From an uncultured Planctomycetaceae bacterium (lineage in GTDB: Bacteria; Planctomycetota; UBA8742; UBA2392): a stretch of 64,000 nucleotides of DNA. The stretch is from the NCBI GenBank assembly GCA_964652605.1, contig CAZZBH010000004.1:310-64309 (forward strand). Direction: 5' to 3'. The position numbers and the translations under genes are program-made. Shown here piece after piece: positions 54,094 to 62,688 of the stretch; within the stretch, counting starts at the first letter, position 1; each line of letters starts with the position of its first letter. Under the pieces are notes generated by a model. It did no database searches, was not told the DNA's origin, and saw nothing but the letters and a program-made list of their open reading frames with translations.

Positions 54094-54846
54094 ATGACGA
54101 TGCTTGAGATACGAGACTTGCATGTGGCCATTGGCGGCACCGAGATCCTGCACGGGATCAACCTGACCGTGAACGCCGGCGAAGTGCACGCCATCATGGG
54201 CACCAACGGCTCCGGCAAAAGCACGCTGACCAAGGCAATCGCCGGCCACCCCGACTACGCCGTCACCGGTGGCGACATTCTGTTCAAGGGCCGCAGCATC
54301 CTGGAAGACGAGCCGGAGGACCGCGCCAGAGCGGGCATCTTCCTTGCGTTTCAGTACCCGGTCGAAGTGCCGGGCGTGACCAACATGTACTTCCTGCGCG
54401 CGGCACTCAACGCTCAACGCAAGTCCCGCGGCGAAGCCGAAGTCAGCGGCGCCGAGTTTCTCGCGCTGATCAAGGAGAAAGCCAAGCTGGTGGATATGGA
54501 CTCCGCGCTGCTCAACCGCAGCGTGAACGAAGGCTTCTCCGGCGGCGAAAAGAAACGCAACGAGATTCTGCAGCTTGCCGTTTTCGAGCCCGCGCTGGCT
54601 GTGCTGGACGAAACCGACAGCGGCCTGGATATTGACGCTCTCAAGACGGTAGCCGACGGTGTCAACAGCCTGCGTGACCCGAAGCGTTCATTCCTGCTGG
54701 TCACGCACTACCAGCGGCTGCTGAACCACATCAAGCCGGATCAGGTGCACGTGCTGCTCGAAGGAAAGATAGTCAAGAGCGGAGGCCCGGAGCTGGCACT
54801 GGCGCTCGAGGAGAAGGGCTACGCCTGGATAGAACAAACCGTCTGA
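54094..54846 (+). CDS. sufC: Fe-S cluster assembly ATPase SufC
   Basis: [11 protein letters not shown] start, Walker [13 protein letters not shown] signature [11 protein letters not shown], Walker [13 protein letters not shown]. The longer ORF start at 54043 only translates the hairpin repeat. Confidence 0.95.
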   Translation: MTMLEIRDLHVAIGGTEILHGINLTVNAGEVHAIMGTNGSGKSTLTKAIAGHPDYAVTGGDILFKGRSILEDEPEDRARAGIFLAFQYPVEVPGVTNMYFLRAALNAQRKSRGEAEVSGAEFLALIKEKAKLVDMDSALLNRSVNEGFSGGEKKRNEILQLAVFEPALAVLDETDSGLDIDALKTVADGVNSLRDPKRSFLLVTHYQRLLNHIKPDQVHVLLEGKIVKSGGPELALALEEKGYAWIEQTV

Positions 54847-54923
54847 CGGTCCATCTGAACGCGAAGCGGTCTGCCAAGCAGACGTTGTCAAGCGGGCAAG
54901 CGCACAGACCGAACCAACCATCC

Positions 54924-56231
54924 ATGACCACACAAATCGAAAACTCACTCCAGGCAGCTCTTCACGCTTTCAGGCCTGAGGCGCCCGAGCCCGCATGGCT
55001 GACCGAGTTGCGCAAGGACGCAACCGACAGCTTCATCGAACTCGGAGTGCCTGGCATTCGACATGAGGAGTGGCGCTACACCAACCTCAAGCCGCTTCTG
55101 GCAGAGGAATTTGCGCCAGCTGCACCGGCGCCACTCAATGCCGCGGACATCGCAGACTTCCTGATTGACGGCGCCGATGACGTGCGGCTTGTCTTTGTCA
55201 ACGGCTTCTTCAATGCCGGGCTGAGCAAACTGCCGCAGTCGCCGGCCGGCTTGCTGGTCAAGCCGTTGTCCCAGGTGCTAGACAGCGACGAAGGCCTGCC
55301 GGGCAAGCTCGCGCGCTACGCCGATCACCATGCACAGCCCTTCACGGCGTTGAACACGGCACTGTTCACTGACGGCGCCTACATTCGCGCTGGGCAGAGT
55401 GTCGCGTTTGATACCCCCATCCACGTACTTTACGTATCGACCGCGCCGCAACTCACGGCACCGCGCACGCTGCTGCTCGCCGGCGAGGGCGCTGAGCTTC
55501 GGCTAATCGAAAGTTTTGTCGGGCTCAATGCAGCCGACAGCGGGCGGTTCGTCAATGGCGTCTCCGAAATCGCGCTGCACCAGAACGCGCACGTGCGCCA
55601 CATCCGGCTGCTGCGCGAAACGGACAAGACTTCGCACATCGGCTGGAATGAAGTGCGGCAGGACCGCGACTCGACCTACGTCGGTTTCAGCATCAGCCTT
55701 GGCGCCAAACTTGCCCGCAGCGACGTGAACGTGATGCTGACTGGCGAGGGTGCAGATTGCACCCTCAACGGCCTGGTCCTGGGCCGGAAGACCGAGCACT
55801 TTGACAACCACATCGTCGTCGATCACGTGCGGCCGCGCTGCGCCAGCCGGCAGCTTTACCGCAGCGTCGTGGACGACAACTCGCGCAGCGCGTTCAGTGG
55901 CAAGGTCATCGTCAGGCCGGGCGCCGTCGGCACCGACGCGACGCAGCAGAACAACAACCTGTTGCTGTCCGACGATGCCAGGGTCGATACCAAGCCGCAG
56001 CTCGAGATCTACTGCGACGAAGTAAAGTGCAGCCACGGCGCCACCAGCGGCCAACTGGACGCCGAAGCCATGTTCTTTCTGCGAAGCCGGGGTTTGAGCT
56101 ACGACCAGGCCCGCAACGTGCTGACGTTCGCCTTCGCCAACGACGTCATCGAGCACATCAAGGTAGGCCCGGTAAGAGAGCATCTGGAAGAACTCATGCG
56201 CCAACGCTTCCAGGGATTGCTTGAGGACTAG
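54924..56231 (+). CDS. sufD: Fe-S cluster assembly protein SufD
   Basis: Its position between sufC and sufS, and the SufB/D beta-helix C-terminal pattern (CSHGATSGQLDAEAMFFLRSRGL). ATG 54924 is preferred to TTG 54885. Confidence 0.85.
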   Translation: MTTQIENSLQAALHAFRPEAPEPAWLTELRKDATDSFIELGVPGIRHEEWRYTNLKPLLAEEFAPAAPAPLNAADIADFLIDGADDVRLVFVNGFFNAGLSKLPQSPAGLLVKPLSQVLDSDEGLPGKLARYADHHAQPFTALNTALFTDGAYIRAGQSVAFDTPIHVLYVSTAPQLTAPRTLLLAGEGAELRLIESFVGLNAADSGRFVNGVSEIALHQNAHVRHIRLLRETDKTSHIGWNEVRQDRDSTYVGFSISLGAKLARSDVNVMLTGEGADCTLNGLVLGRKTEHFDNHIVVDHVRPRCASRQLYRSVVDDNSRSAFSGKVIVRPGAVGTDATQQNNNLLLSDDARVDTKPQLEIYCDEVKCSHGATSGQLDAEAMFFLRSRGLSYDQARNVLTFAFANDVIEHIKVGPVREHLEELMRQRFQGLLED

Positions 56232-56234
56232 AAA

Positions 56235-56295
56235 ACGGAGTTACGGAGTTCCAGAGTGGCGATTGCAGTCCTCCTTGTCTCCGTTACTCCGTGTT
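56235..56295. repeat. Imperfect hairpin of ACGGAG 8-nt subrepeats between sufD and sufS
   Basis: ACGGAGTTACGGAGTTCCAGAG ... CTCCTTGTCTCCGTTACTCCGTG. Confidence 0.65.
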
Positions 56296-56302
56296 CAATA
56301 CC

Positions 56303-57535
56303 ATGCCGCAAGTGAAAGAACTCGACATCCAGAAGATTCGCGCGGATTTTCCTATCCTGGCGCGTGAAGTGCATGGCAAGCCGCTTGTCTATCTGGACAA
56401 CGCCGCCAGCGCACAAAAGCCCAGCTGCGTGATCGACACCTTGCGCAACGTCTATGAGCACGAGTACGCCAACGTGCACCGCGCGGCGCATGAGCTGTCG
56501 GCAGGAGCCACAGAAAAATTTGAGCGCGCTCGACGCAGCGTGCAGCGCTTTCTTAACGCACCCGAAGACCGTGAGGTCATCTTCCTGCGCGGCACAACGG
56601 AAGCCGTCAACCTGGTCGCACAGTCCTGGGGCCGCGCCAACGTCTCCGCGGGCGACGAGATTCTGATCACCGCCATGGAGCACCACTCCAACATCGTGCC
56701 GTGGCAGATGCTGTGCCAGCAGACAGGCGCCAGGCTCGTCGTCGCCCCGATGGACGAAACCGGCACGCTGATCTTTGAAGAGTTTGAAAAGCGCATCAGC
56801 AGCCGCACCAGGCTGGTGGCTTGCGCGCACATTTCCAACGCCCTGGGCACCATCAACCCGGTGCGCGAAATGACCATCGCCGCAAAAAAGGCCGGCGCGC
56901 TGGTGCTGGTCGATGGCGCGCAGGCGGCACCGCACACGCCGATTGACGTTCGCGCGCTGGGTGTAGATTTCTACGCATTCAGCGCGCACAAGGCCTATGG
57001 CCCCAGCGGTATCGGCGCGCTGTGGGGACGGGCCGAGCTGCTTGAACAGATGCCCCCGTGGCAGGGCGGCGGCGAGATGATCAAGTCCGTAAGCTTCGAG
57101 AAAACCGAATACAACATCATCCCCCACAAGTTTGAAGCGGGCACGCCCAGCATTGCCGACACCATCGCCTTCGGCACCGCGCTTGAGTACCTGATGAGTA
57201 TCGGCGTCGCCGCCATTGAAGGCTATGAGCACGAGTTGCTGGATTACGCGACCGCCAGGCTGCTTGAAATCAAGGGGCTGCGCATCATCGGCACCAGCGC
57301 GAACAAAGCCGGCGTGATCAGCTTCGTGCTTGACGGCATCCACGCCGCAGACGCGGGCATGATCCTTGACCAGCAGGGCATCGCCGTGCGCGTCGGCCAG
57401 CACTGCGCCGAGCCGGTGATGGACTTCTTCAAGGTGCCGGCCACCGTGCGCGCAAGCTTCGCGTTCTATAACACCAGGCAGGAAGCAGATGCGCTGGCGG
57501 CTGGAATCCGCAAGGTCCAGGAATTGTTCAGCTAG
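56303..57535 (+). CDS. sufS: Cysteine desulfurase SufS (class V aminotransferase, group II)
   Basis: MPQVKELDIQKIRADFPIL, YLDNAASAQKP, PLP-Lys motif SAHKAYGPSGIG, catalytic Cys RVGQHCAEP. ATG 56303 was chosen over GTG 56291. Confidence 0.9.
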   Translation: MPQVKELDIQKIRADFPILAREVHGKPLVYLDNAASAQKPSCVIDTLRNVYEHEYANVHRAAHELSAGATEKFERARRSVQRFLNAPEDREVIFLRGTTEAVNLVAQSWGRANVSAGDEILITAMEHHSNIVPWQMLCQQTGARLVVAPMDETGTLIFEEFEKRISSRTRLVACAHISNALGTINPVREMTIAAKKAGALVLVDGAQAAPHTPIDVRALGVDFYAFSAHKAYGPSGIGALWGRAELLEQMPPWQGGGEMIKSVSFEKTEYNIIPHKFEAGTPSIADTIAFGTALEYLMSIGVAAIEGYEHELLDYATARLLEIKGLRIIGTSANKAGVISFVLDGIHAADAGMILDQQGIAVRVGQHCAEPVMDFFKVPATVRASFAFYNTRQEADALAAGIRKVQELFS

Positions 57536-57541
57536 GAGACC

Positions 57542-58132
57542 ATGACGCCAGAGCCCGGCAAATCCGAACCACACCCCGAAGGCGCGGCAAAACTGGCTGA
57601 CCCCAGCAAGGTCAAGCCGGTAGAGCCGCCCATGGAAATCGACCAGTCCCTCAGCACAAGAGGCGCACCCGGCCAGGCAACGAAAGACGGGCCGGCCCGA
57701 CATAGCCCTGGCGAAGGCGGGAGCGCAAGCGACGGGGTGACAGGCAAGCCGTCAGAAGGCGAACCCGACCGTGCCAAGCTGCCCAAGGACGATTCGGGCA
57801 ATCCCCGCGACCTGACGATGGCAGAAGCCAAGGAAGTCAAAGAGGCCGTCATCGCCGAGATGCGGACGATCTTTGACCCCGAGATTCCGGTGAACATCTA
57901 TGAGCTCGGCTTGGTGTACAACGTCAGCGTCGGCCTAAACGGCGAGGTTCATGTGCGCATGACCCTGACTTCCCCCGCTTGCCCGGTGGCGGGCACGCTA
58001 CCCGGCGAGGTCGAGCAGAAAATCGCCAACCTGCCGGGAGTGACCCGGGCGAAGGTCGAGCTGGTCTGGAGCCCGCAGTGGGACAAATCCATGATGTCGG
58101 AAGCCGCCAAGCTTGAACTCAACGTGAGCTAG
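57542..58132 (+). CDS. DUF59 (SufT/PaaD-like) Fe-S assembly protein with ~90-aa disordered N-terminal extension
   Basis: The C-terminal IFDPEIPVNIYELGLVY...MTLTSPACPVAG...V.LVWSPQW is the DUF59 signature. It is the last gene of the suf operon. Confidence 0.8.
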   Translation: MTPEPGKSEPHPEGAAKLADPSKVKPVEPPMEIDQSLSTRGAPGQATKDGPARHSPGEGGSASDGVTGKPSEGEPDRAKLPKDDSGNPRDLTMAEAKEVKEAVIAEMRTIFDPEIPVNIYELGLVYNVSVGLNGEVHVRMTLTSPACPVAGTLPGEVEQKIANLPGVTRAKVELVWSPQWDKSMMSEAAKLELNVS

Positions 58133-58137
58133 CCGCA

Positions 58138-58392
58138 TTGCGCCACGCACAGCAAGCCGCACTGGACGACCTGGAGCCGCTGCTCAAGCGGCTGCGCGAG
58201 CTGCCCGGCCTGCGCGAGCGCAAGCGCGGGGCGTTTTATCGTGGGGCTTCGGCCTTTCTGCATTTTCACGAAGACCCGGCGGGTTTGTTCGCTGACCTGA
58301 AGGTTCAAGGCGACTGGCAGCGGCACCTCGTGGATTCCCGCACACAACGGGAGGCATTACTCCGCGCTGCAGAGCAGGCCCTGCAACCGTGA
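58138..58392 (+). CDS. Hypothetical small protein
   Basis: 84-aa ORF (TTG start) directly after the suf operon. It looks protein-like (GAFYRGASAFLHFHEDPAGLFADLKV) but I recognised no family. Confidence 0.5.
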   Translation: MRHAQQAALDDLEPLLKRLRELPGLRERKRGAFYRGASAFLHFHEDPAGLFADLKVQGDWQRHLVDSRTQREALLRAAEQALQP

Positions 58393-58426
58393 ATTGCGCG
58401 GATTCAGGCAGGCGAACCCCTGAAGT

Positions 58427-58723
58427 CTAAACGATCTGAAACGCCAGCTCCGGAGCCTTGCGGCGCGAAATCGCCTCCGCCGCGGCGCTGCGAAGGCGCC
58501 CCGCATGCTCGTGCAGCGCCGCCAGCGTTGCCATCGGGTCGCCGTCGCCGTGCACGCTGACCAGCAGGTGGCTTGCGTTGGGCGCCGGTTTCACGTCGTC
58601 CACGTAGGCGGTCAGCAGCAGTTCGTGGCCAGTCTCGGGCAACGCAAAGGTCAGCGCGCGCTGCACCTGCTTTGCCAGTTGCAATGTCTTGCGGTCAGGC
58701 CGTTGTGCGCGTTCGTTTGGCAT
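58427..58723 (-). CDS. rbfA: Ribosome-binding factor A-like protein
   Basis: The pattern R..LQLAKQVQRAL....(V..V..APNASHLLVSV)....LRSAAAEAISRRKAPELAFQ resembles RbfA (KH-like, PELxF C-terminus). It is not in the usual nusA-infB context. Confidence 0.5.
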   Translation of the reverse strand: MPNERAQRPDRKTLQLAKQVQRALTFALPETGHELLLTAYVDDVKPAPNASHLLVSVHGDGDPMATLAALHEHAGRLRSAAAEAISRRKAPELAFQIV

Positions 58724-59057
58724 GGCGGGATTATAACGCGCAGGGGTTGCAAGCGCCGGGCAGAGTGCACGAGTCGGGCGGCGATACAATGATCGTGCAC
58801 CCTGCCGGCAGCTATGGAACAGTCCGCCCTGCCCGCGCCTTCCGGAAATTTGCGTCGCCCGAAGAATTCCGAAAAAGTGCGCAAACGCCTGCATTCAGGG
58901 GGCCGCGGGCAGCGACGGACCCCCCGATGAGCATCTGCGCCCGAATTCGTGTCGCATCCACGGTGTACCGTTGACGCGCGGACGGGGCTGGTGCCGGCAG
59001 GTGCCGGATCAGTGCCCCCATCACCACGAGCCCCGAACGCGCCACGAAAGGGACCCC

Positions 59058-59306
59058 ATGAGCACAACTCGCGAAGACAACGTTCAGCCACTCTCTGCAC
59101 GCAAAGCCGCCGGCGCGATCCAGGTCATGCAGGAAGTACGTACAATGCTCGACGACATCGCCCGCAGCGCCGCAATTCTGGGCAGCACACCGTTTTCCGG
59201 CCGCGAAACCGCCCGCACGTTGGCGAGTTCGCTGCATCTCGCGCTGCTGGAATATGAAATCGGCTTGGCGCAGTTGGGCGGCCATGAGTTTGCAGTCAAG
59301 CGCTGA
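59058..59306 (+). CDS. Hypothetical small protein
   Basis: 82-aa ORF from ATG 59058, convergent with selD. There are no recognisable motifs. Confidence 0.35.
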   Translation: MSTTREDNVQPLSARKAAGAIQVMQEVRTMLDDIARSAAILGSTPFSGRETARTLASSLHLALLEYEIGLAQLGGHEFAVKR

Positions 59307-60371
59307 TCAGCGCGTGACCGTGATGCGGCCGGCACTGCCGGCAGTGACTTCACCGATCACCGAAGCTGCCAGTGCGTTGTGTTGCTTCAGACTGGCGACC
59401 AGGGCATCGCACTTGTCGGATGGCACGCTGATGACCATGCCGCCGCTGGTCTGCGCGTCGCACACCAGCAACTGTTCTTCGTGCGTCAGCCCCTCGGCGA
59501 AATCGATCCACTGCCTGAAGTACAGCCAGTTCTTCTTCGTGCCGCCGGGGAAGCAGCCCTGCTTCAGCAATTCCATGACTTCCGGCAGAACTGGCAGTGC
59601 ATCGAAGTGCAGCTTCATGCTCACGCCGCTCGCGTGGGCCACCTCGTGCAAGTGGCCCGCAAGGCCATACCCGGTGATGTCCGTGGCGGCACTGGCGCCG
59701 ACTTCATGAATGGCTTCGCCGCCCGGCCGATTGATCGCGGCCATGGACTGGATAGCCGGCTCAATCTGCGCTTCTGTGCGTAGTTCGCGTTTCACGGCGG
59801 TCGTCAGCACGCCTACACCCAGCGGCTTGGTAAGCACAAGCTTATCGCCCGCCTTGGCGCCGCTGTTGGACATGATCTTCTTCGGGTGCACGACGCCGGT
59901 GACGCACATGCCGTACTTCGGCTCGGCATCGTCGATCGAGTGCCCGCCGACGACAAAGATGCCGGCTTCGCCCGCCTTGTCCGCGCCCCCCTTGAGAATG
60001 GTCGCCAGCACGTCATGTCCAAGCTGCGCCAAGGGGAAGCCCACGATGTTCAGTGCGAAGATCGGCTTGGCGCCCATGGCGTAGATGTCGGAGATGGCAT
60101 TGGCGGCGGCGATCTGGCCGAACAGGTACGGGTCGTCCACGATCGGCGTGAAGAAATCCAGTGTCTGCACGACGGCCTGTTCGTCGTTCAATTGGTACAC
60201 GCAGGCATCATCGGCCCACTCGTGCCCGACAAGCACGCGGGGGTCGGTAACCTTCGGCAAACCTTGCAGGACCTGCCCGAGGTCGCTGGCTGAAAGTTTG
60301 CAGCCTCACCCGGCGCCGTGAGATAGCTGGGTGAGCCTTGGTTTGCCGTCTTTGGTCTGTGTTGTGGCCAT
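59307..60371 (-). CDS. selD: Selenide, water dikinase (selenophosphate synthetase) SelD, Sec-containing form (UGA at 60306..60308)
   Basis: From ATG 60371: [49 protein letters not shown]..., which aligns with E. coli LTQYSHGAGCGCKISPKVL. The rest is canonical (DFFTPIVDDPYLFGQIAAANAISDIYAMGAKP). Confidence 0.9.
60267..60288 (-). promoter_or_regulatory. Candidate SECIS hairpin of selD
   Basis: The RNA CAG(C)GACCU-CGGGC-AGGUCCUG forms 8 bp with one bulge and a G-rich loop, starting 18 nt after the UGA. An alternative 5-bp hairpin, GGCUG-N8-CAGCC, lies immediately after the UGA. Confidence 0.45.
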
Positions 60372-60519
60372 GGAATCTCCCGCCGGCGTAGCATACCAAC
60401 ATCGGCTTTCCGCGGCAGATTCCAGTGGCGGGCGCGGTTGTACGGCAAATCTGGTTGCAACTTTGCGAGGAGACGCAATAATCCAAAGCCTCGGCGTGAA
60501 CCCTTGCGGAAATCGACCC

Positions 60520-61701
60520 ATGCGAATCTGGTTCGTTTCGCTGGCGCTTTGCGTCGGATGCCTGCACGCCCAGCCCTATTCTTCTGCCCCGCTGGTTCCC
60601 CAGGATCTGCAGATTCATGCCGAGGGCGCATTCGGTTACGACAGCAACGTGCGCCTGTCCGCGGACGACGAGCAGGCAAGCTACTTCTTGCAGCAGCGCC
60701 TGCGCGCCGGGTATGGGCTGGAACTGCCCTTGAGCCGCCTGTTTGTGCTCGGCGAAGTGTATGGCCGCTGGCCAACGCAGCATCCCGGCACCAGCACCTG
60801 GTTTGCCGGCGCGCGCGTGGGCTGGGCCGCCGGGCAAGCCGGTGACACGATCTTCGGCGGGCTGGACCTTGGCGCTAACGTAGAGAAGAGACACGTGTAT
60901 GAAATCTTTGGCCCCATCACGCGGCAGGAAGGCACCCGCCGCGCGTGGTACGACGCACGGGCCTGGTTTGACCTGTCCCTGATGCCGTTTCGACTGCAAA
61001 CCCGTGCCTGGATTGCCGCCAATAACCTGTCCGAGCGCACAAAGGGCCGAAGCTGGGACTTGCGCGCCTTGCCCGCATTCGAGCCCGCGCAGGGCATCGG
61101 CGCGGGCAGCATGGATCACACCCGCGCCGGCGGATCTTTGTGGGTGGCCGCCGAGCCTGTGGCCGGTCTGGCGTTCGGGCCCTACGTCTGGTTTGAGCAC
61201 ACGCAGTTCCATTACGACGCGACACTGACCCTTAGCGGCGAGGTCACTGACAACTATCTCGACTTCCAGCGCCTTGAGCTGGGGACGCGCATGTCCGCTG
61301 ACATCGGACCTGTCACGCTGGAGAACCGGCTTCACTTCCGCCGCCAACTCAGCATGGACCCTGAGGATCAGGGCGCGCTCGACTACGACCAGTGGGGATG
61401 GGCTGCCGGAGTGGGCCTTGAGTTCGCACCGGTACGAGGAAAGTTGTCGTGGGAATTCTGGCGCCGGGACTATCGGCACCTGACCGCCCTGACAGAGCCG
61501 TTCGCAGCCGGCACAATCTTTGCCGGGTCAATTCCGCAACTCGAGGAAGATGGCCGGCAGCTTGCGGTCGAAATGCTGGGAAGCCCGGTGGAACATGTCA
61601 GCACCGGCTTTCGCTACCAGTGGAACCAGCGGCGAAGCAATGCCAGGACGCTTGCCTACCACCAGCACGAGATCAGCATTCTGCTGCAGCTTGACTGGTA
61701 A
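60520..61701 (+). CDS. Outer-membrane beta-barrel protein (hypothetical porin-like)
   Basis: ATG 60520 gives the signal peptide MRIWFVSLALCVGCLHAQ. The sequence has an alternating amphipathic beta pattern with Tyr/Trp girdles, and the C-terminus ...ISILLQLDW ends in an aromatic residue as in OMP beta-signals. Confidence 0.7.
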   Translation: MRIWFVSLALCVGCLHAQPYSSAPLVPQDLQIHAEGAFGYDSNVRLSADDEQASYFLQQRLRAGYGLELPLSRLFVLGEVYGRWPTQHPGTSTWFAGARVGWAAGQAGDTIFGGLDLGANVEKRHVYEIFGPITRQEGTRRAWYDARAWFDLSLMPFRLQTRAWIAANNLSERTKGRSWDLRALPAFEPAQGIGAGSMDHTRAGGSLWVAAEPVAGLAFGPYVWFEHTQFHYDATLTLSGEVTDNYLDFQRLELGTRMSADIGPVTLENRLHFRRQLSMDPEDQGALDYDQWGWAAGVGLEFAPVRGKLSWEFWRRDYRHLTALTEPFAAGTIFAGSIPQLEEDGRQLAVEMLGSPVEHVSTGFRYQWNQRRSNARTLAYHQHEISILLQLDW

Positions 61702-61809
61702 TGTGGGCAGTCGGCAGTGGTTGCGAGTCGAAGCGGTTGTTCAACCATCGACTTTCGACCTTTTCCCCGACCTTCAACGCCGTTGCTGCCGGGGAACCCA
61801 GCCTCTGTT

Positions 61810-62145
61810 CTAGCCCGTTGAGGTGCCGCCGACCGGCAATCCGGCTTCGGCCCATTCCGCGATGCCGCCGCGGTAGTCCCAGATGTTTTTGTAGCCAAGT
61901 TCGGCGACCGCACGGGCCGCCTTGGTGGACGCGTCTCACGAATAGCCTGCTCAGTAGAATACCAGCATGGCCTGCTTGTCCGCCGGAAGGCCCTTGCCCT
62001 GCGCGGCATCCGGCACAGACAGCAGCGTGGCGCCCTCGATGTGCCGGGCCCCGTAGCTTCCCGGGCCGCGGTTGTCGTAAAGTCCGTCAACCTTGCCGTC
62101 GTCGAGCGCGGATTTGAGGTCGTTGATCTTGATTTCACGTACCAT
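61810..62145 (-). CDS. Single-domain rhodanese sulfurtransferase with two in-frame UGA codons (61951..61953 and 61936..61938); candidate selenoprotein or decaying gene
   Basis: RBS GGAGGAAG before ATG 62145. The protein reads MVREIKINDLK...ARHIEGA...KQAMLVFY-U-AGYS-U-DASTKAARAVAELGYKNIWDYRGGIAEWAEAGLPV...TAG. The first UGA sits at the catalytic Cys position. Confidence 0.7.
61895..61925 (-). promoter_or_regulatory. Candidate SECIS hairpin of the rhodanese gene
   Basis: The RNA CCAA-GGCGGC-CCGUGCG-GUCGCC-(GAAC)-UUGG has a 6-bp upper stem (one G-U), a 7-nt loop containing GU, and a 4-bp lower stem. It starts 10 nt after UGA-2 and 25 nt after UGA-1. Confidence 0.45.
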
Positions 62146-62355
62146 TGGCTTCCTCCGGGGGTAGAACGGCCCATCTGCGGCCTTTATTCGACCATGCTGG
62201 TCCGAAATGGCAAACACACGCGCCGATGCGTACACTGGCTAGTTGCTTGTACCTTAGTATCCTCCGCACCGCCCGCCGACGGTAGATTTCATATCGTCAG
62301 CATCTAAGATCAACGTGCAGGATGCCAAGCGCGCAGACATTGACCGGGAGTATCG

Positions 62356-62586
62356 ATGCCAGATCCGAGTGAAAAGTGGGAAGACAACGTGCCGGGTCCG
62401 TGGTACGTGGACAAGAGCTGCATCTTCTGCGGGCTGTGCCCGCAGTTGGCACCCAACAACTTTCGTGAGTCCGAAGACGGCACCCACGACCTTGTGTACA
62501 AGCAGCCCGACAGCGACGAGGAAAAATCGCAGTGCGAGGATGCCGCGGCCCAGTGCCCCGTGCAGGCCATCGGCGCCGACGGGTAA
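62356..62586 (+). CDS. fdx: Small single-cluster ferredoxin
   Basis: 76 aa with YVDKSCIFCGLCPQLAP ... QCEDAAAQCPVQAI, the cysteine pattern of small [3Fe-4S]/[4Fe-4S] ferredoxins. Confidence 0.85.
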   Translation: MPDPSEKWEDNVPGPWYVDKSCIFCGLCPQLAPNNFRESEDGTHDLVYKQPDSDEEKSQCEDAAAQCPVQAIGADG

Positions 62587-62607
62587 TGCCGGATGCTACC
62601 GATAACG

Positions 62608-62636
62608 CACCCGGCCCCGCGGCCGGGTGTTTTCGT
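62608..62636 (+). terminator. Rho-independent terminator after the ferredoxin gene
   Basis: CACCCGGCC-CCGC-GGCCGGGTG followed by TTTTCGTT, 22 nt after the stop. Confidence 0.65.
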
Positions 62637-62688
62637 TGATTGCGCCTCGCCGCCTTACGGCGCACGGCGAGTTTGCTGAAATGCCCTG

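Noticed and set aside
60306-60521. A stand-alone 71-aa ORF upstream of selD.
   Set aside because: Its last 21 residues (from ATG 60371) are the SelD N-terminus up to the Sec codon. The part upstream of 60371 overlaps the divergent promoter region and looks non-genic.
61936-61953. An alternative genetic code (UGA = Trp or Gly) as the explanation for the in-frame TGAs.
   Set aside because: TGA is used as a genuine terminator by many well-supported genes here, for example the kinase-like gene (26260..26262), the DUF3037-like gene (27111..27113) and trmB (63304..63306). In addition, the three recoded UGAs fall on Cys-equivalent redox positions with downstream hairpins, which fits Sec and not global reassignment.
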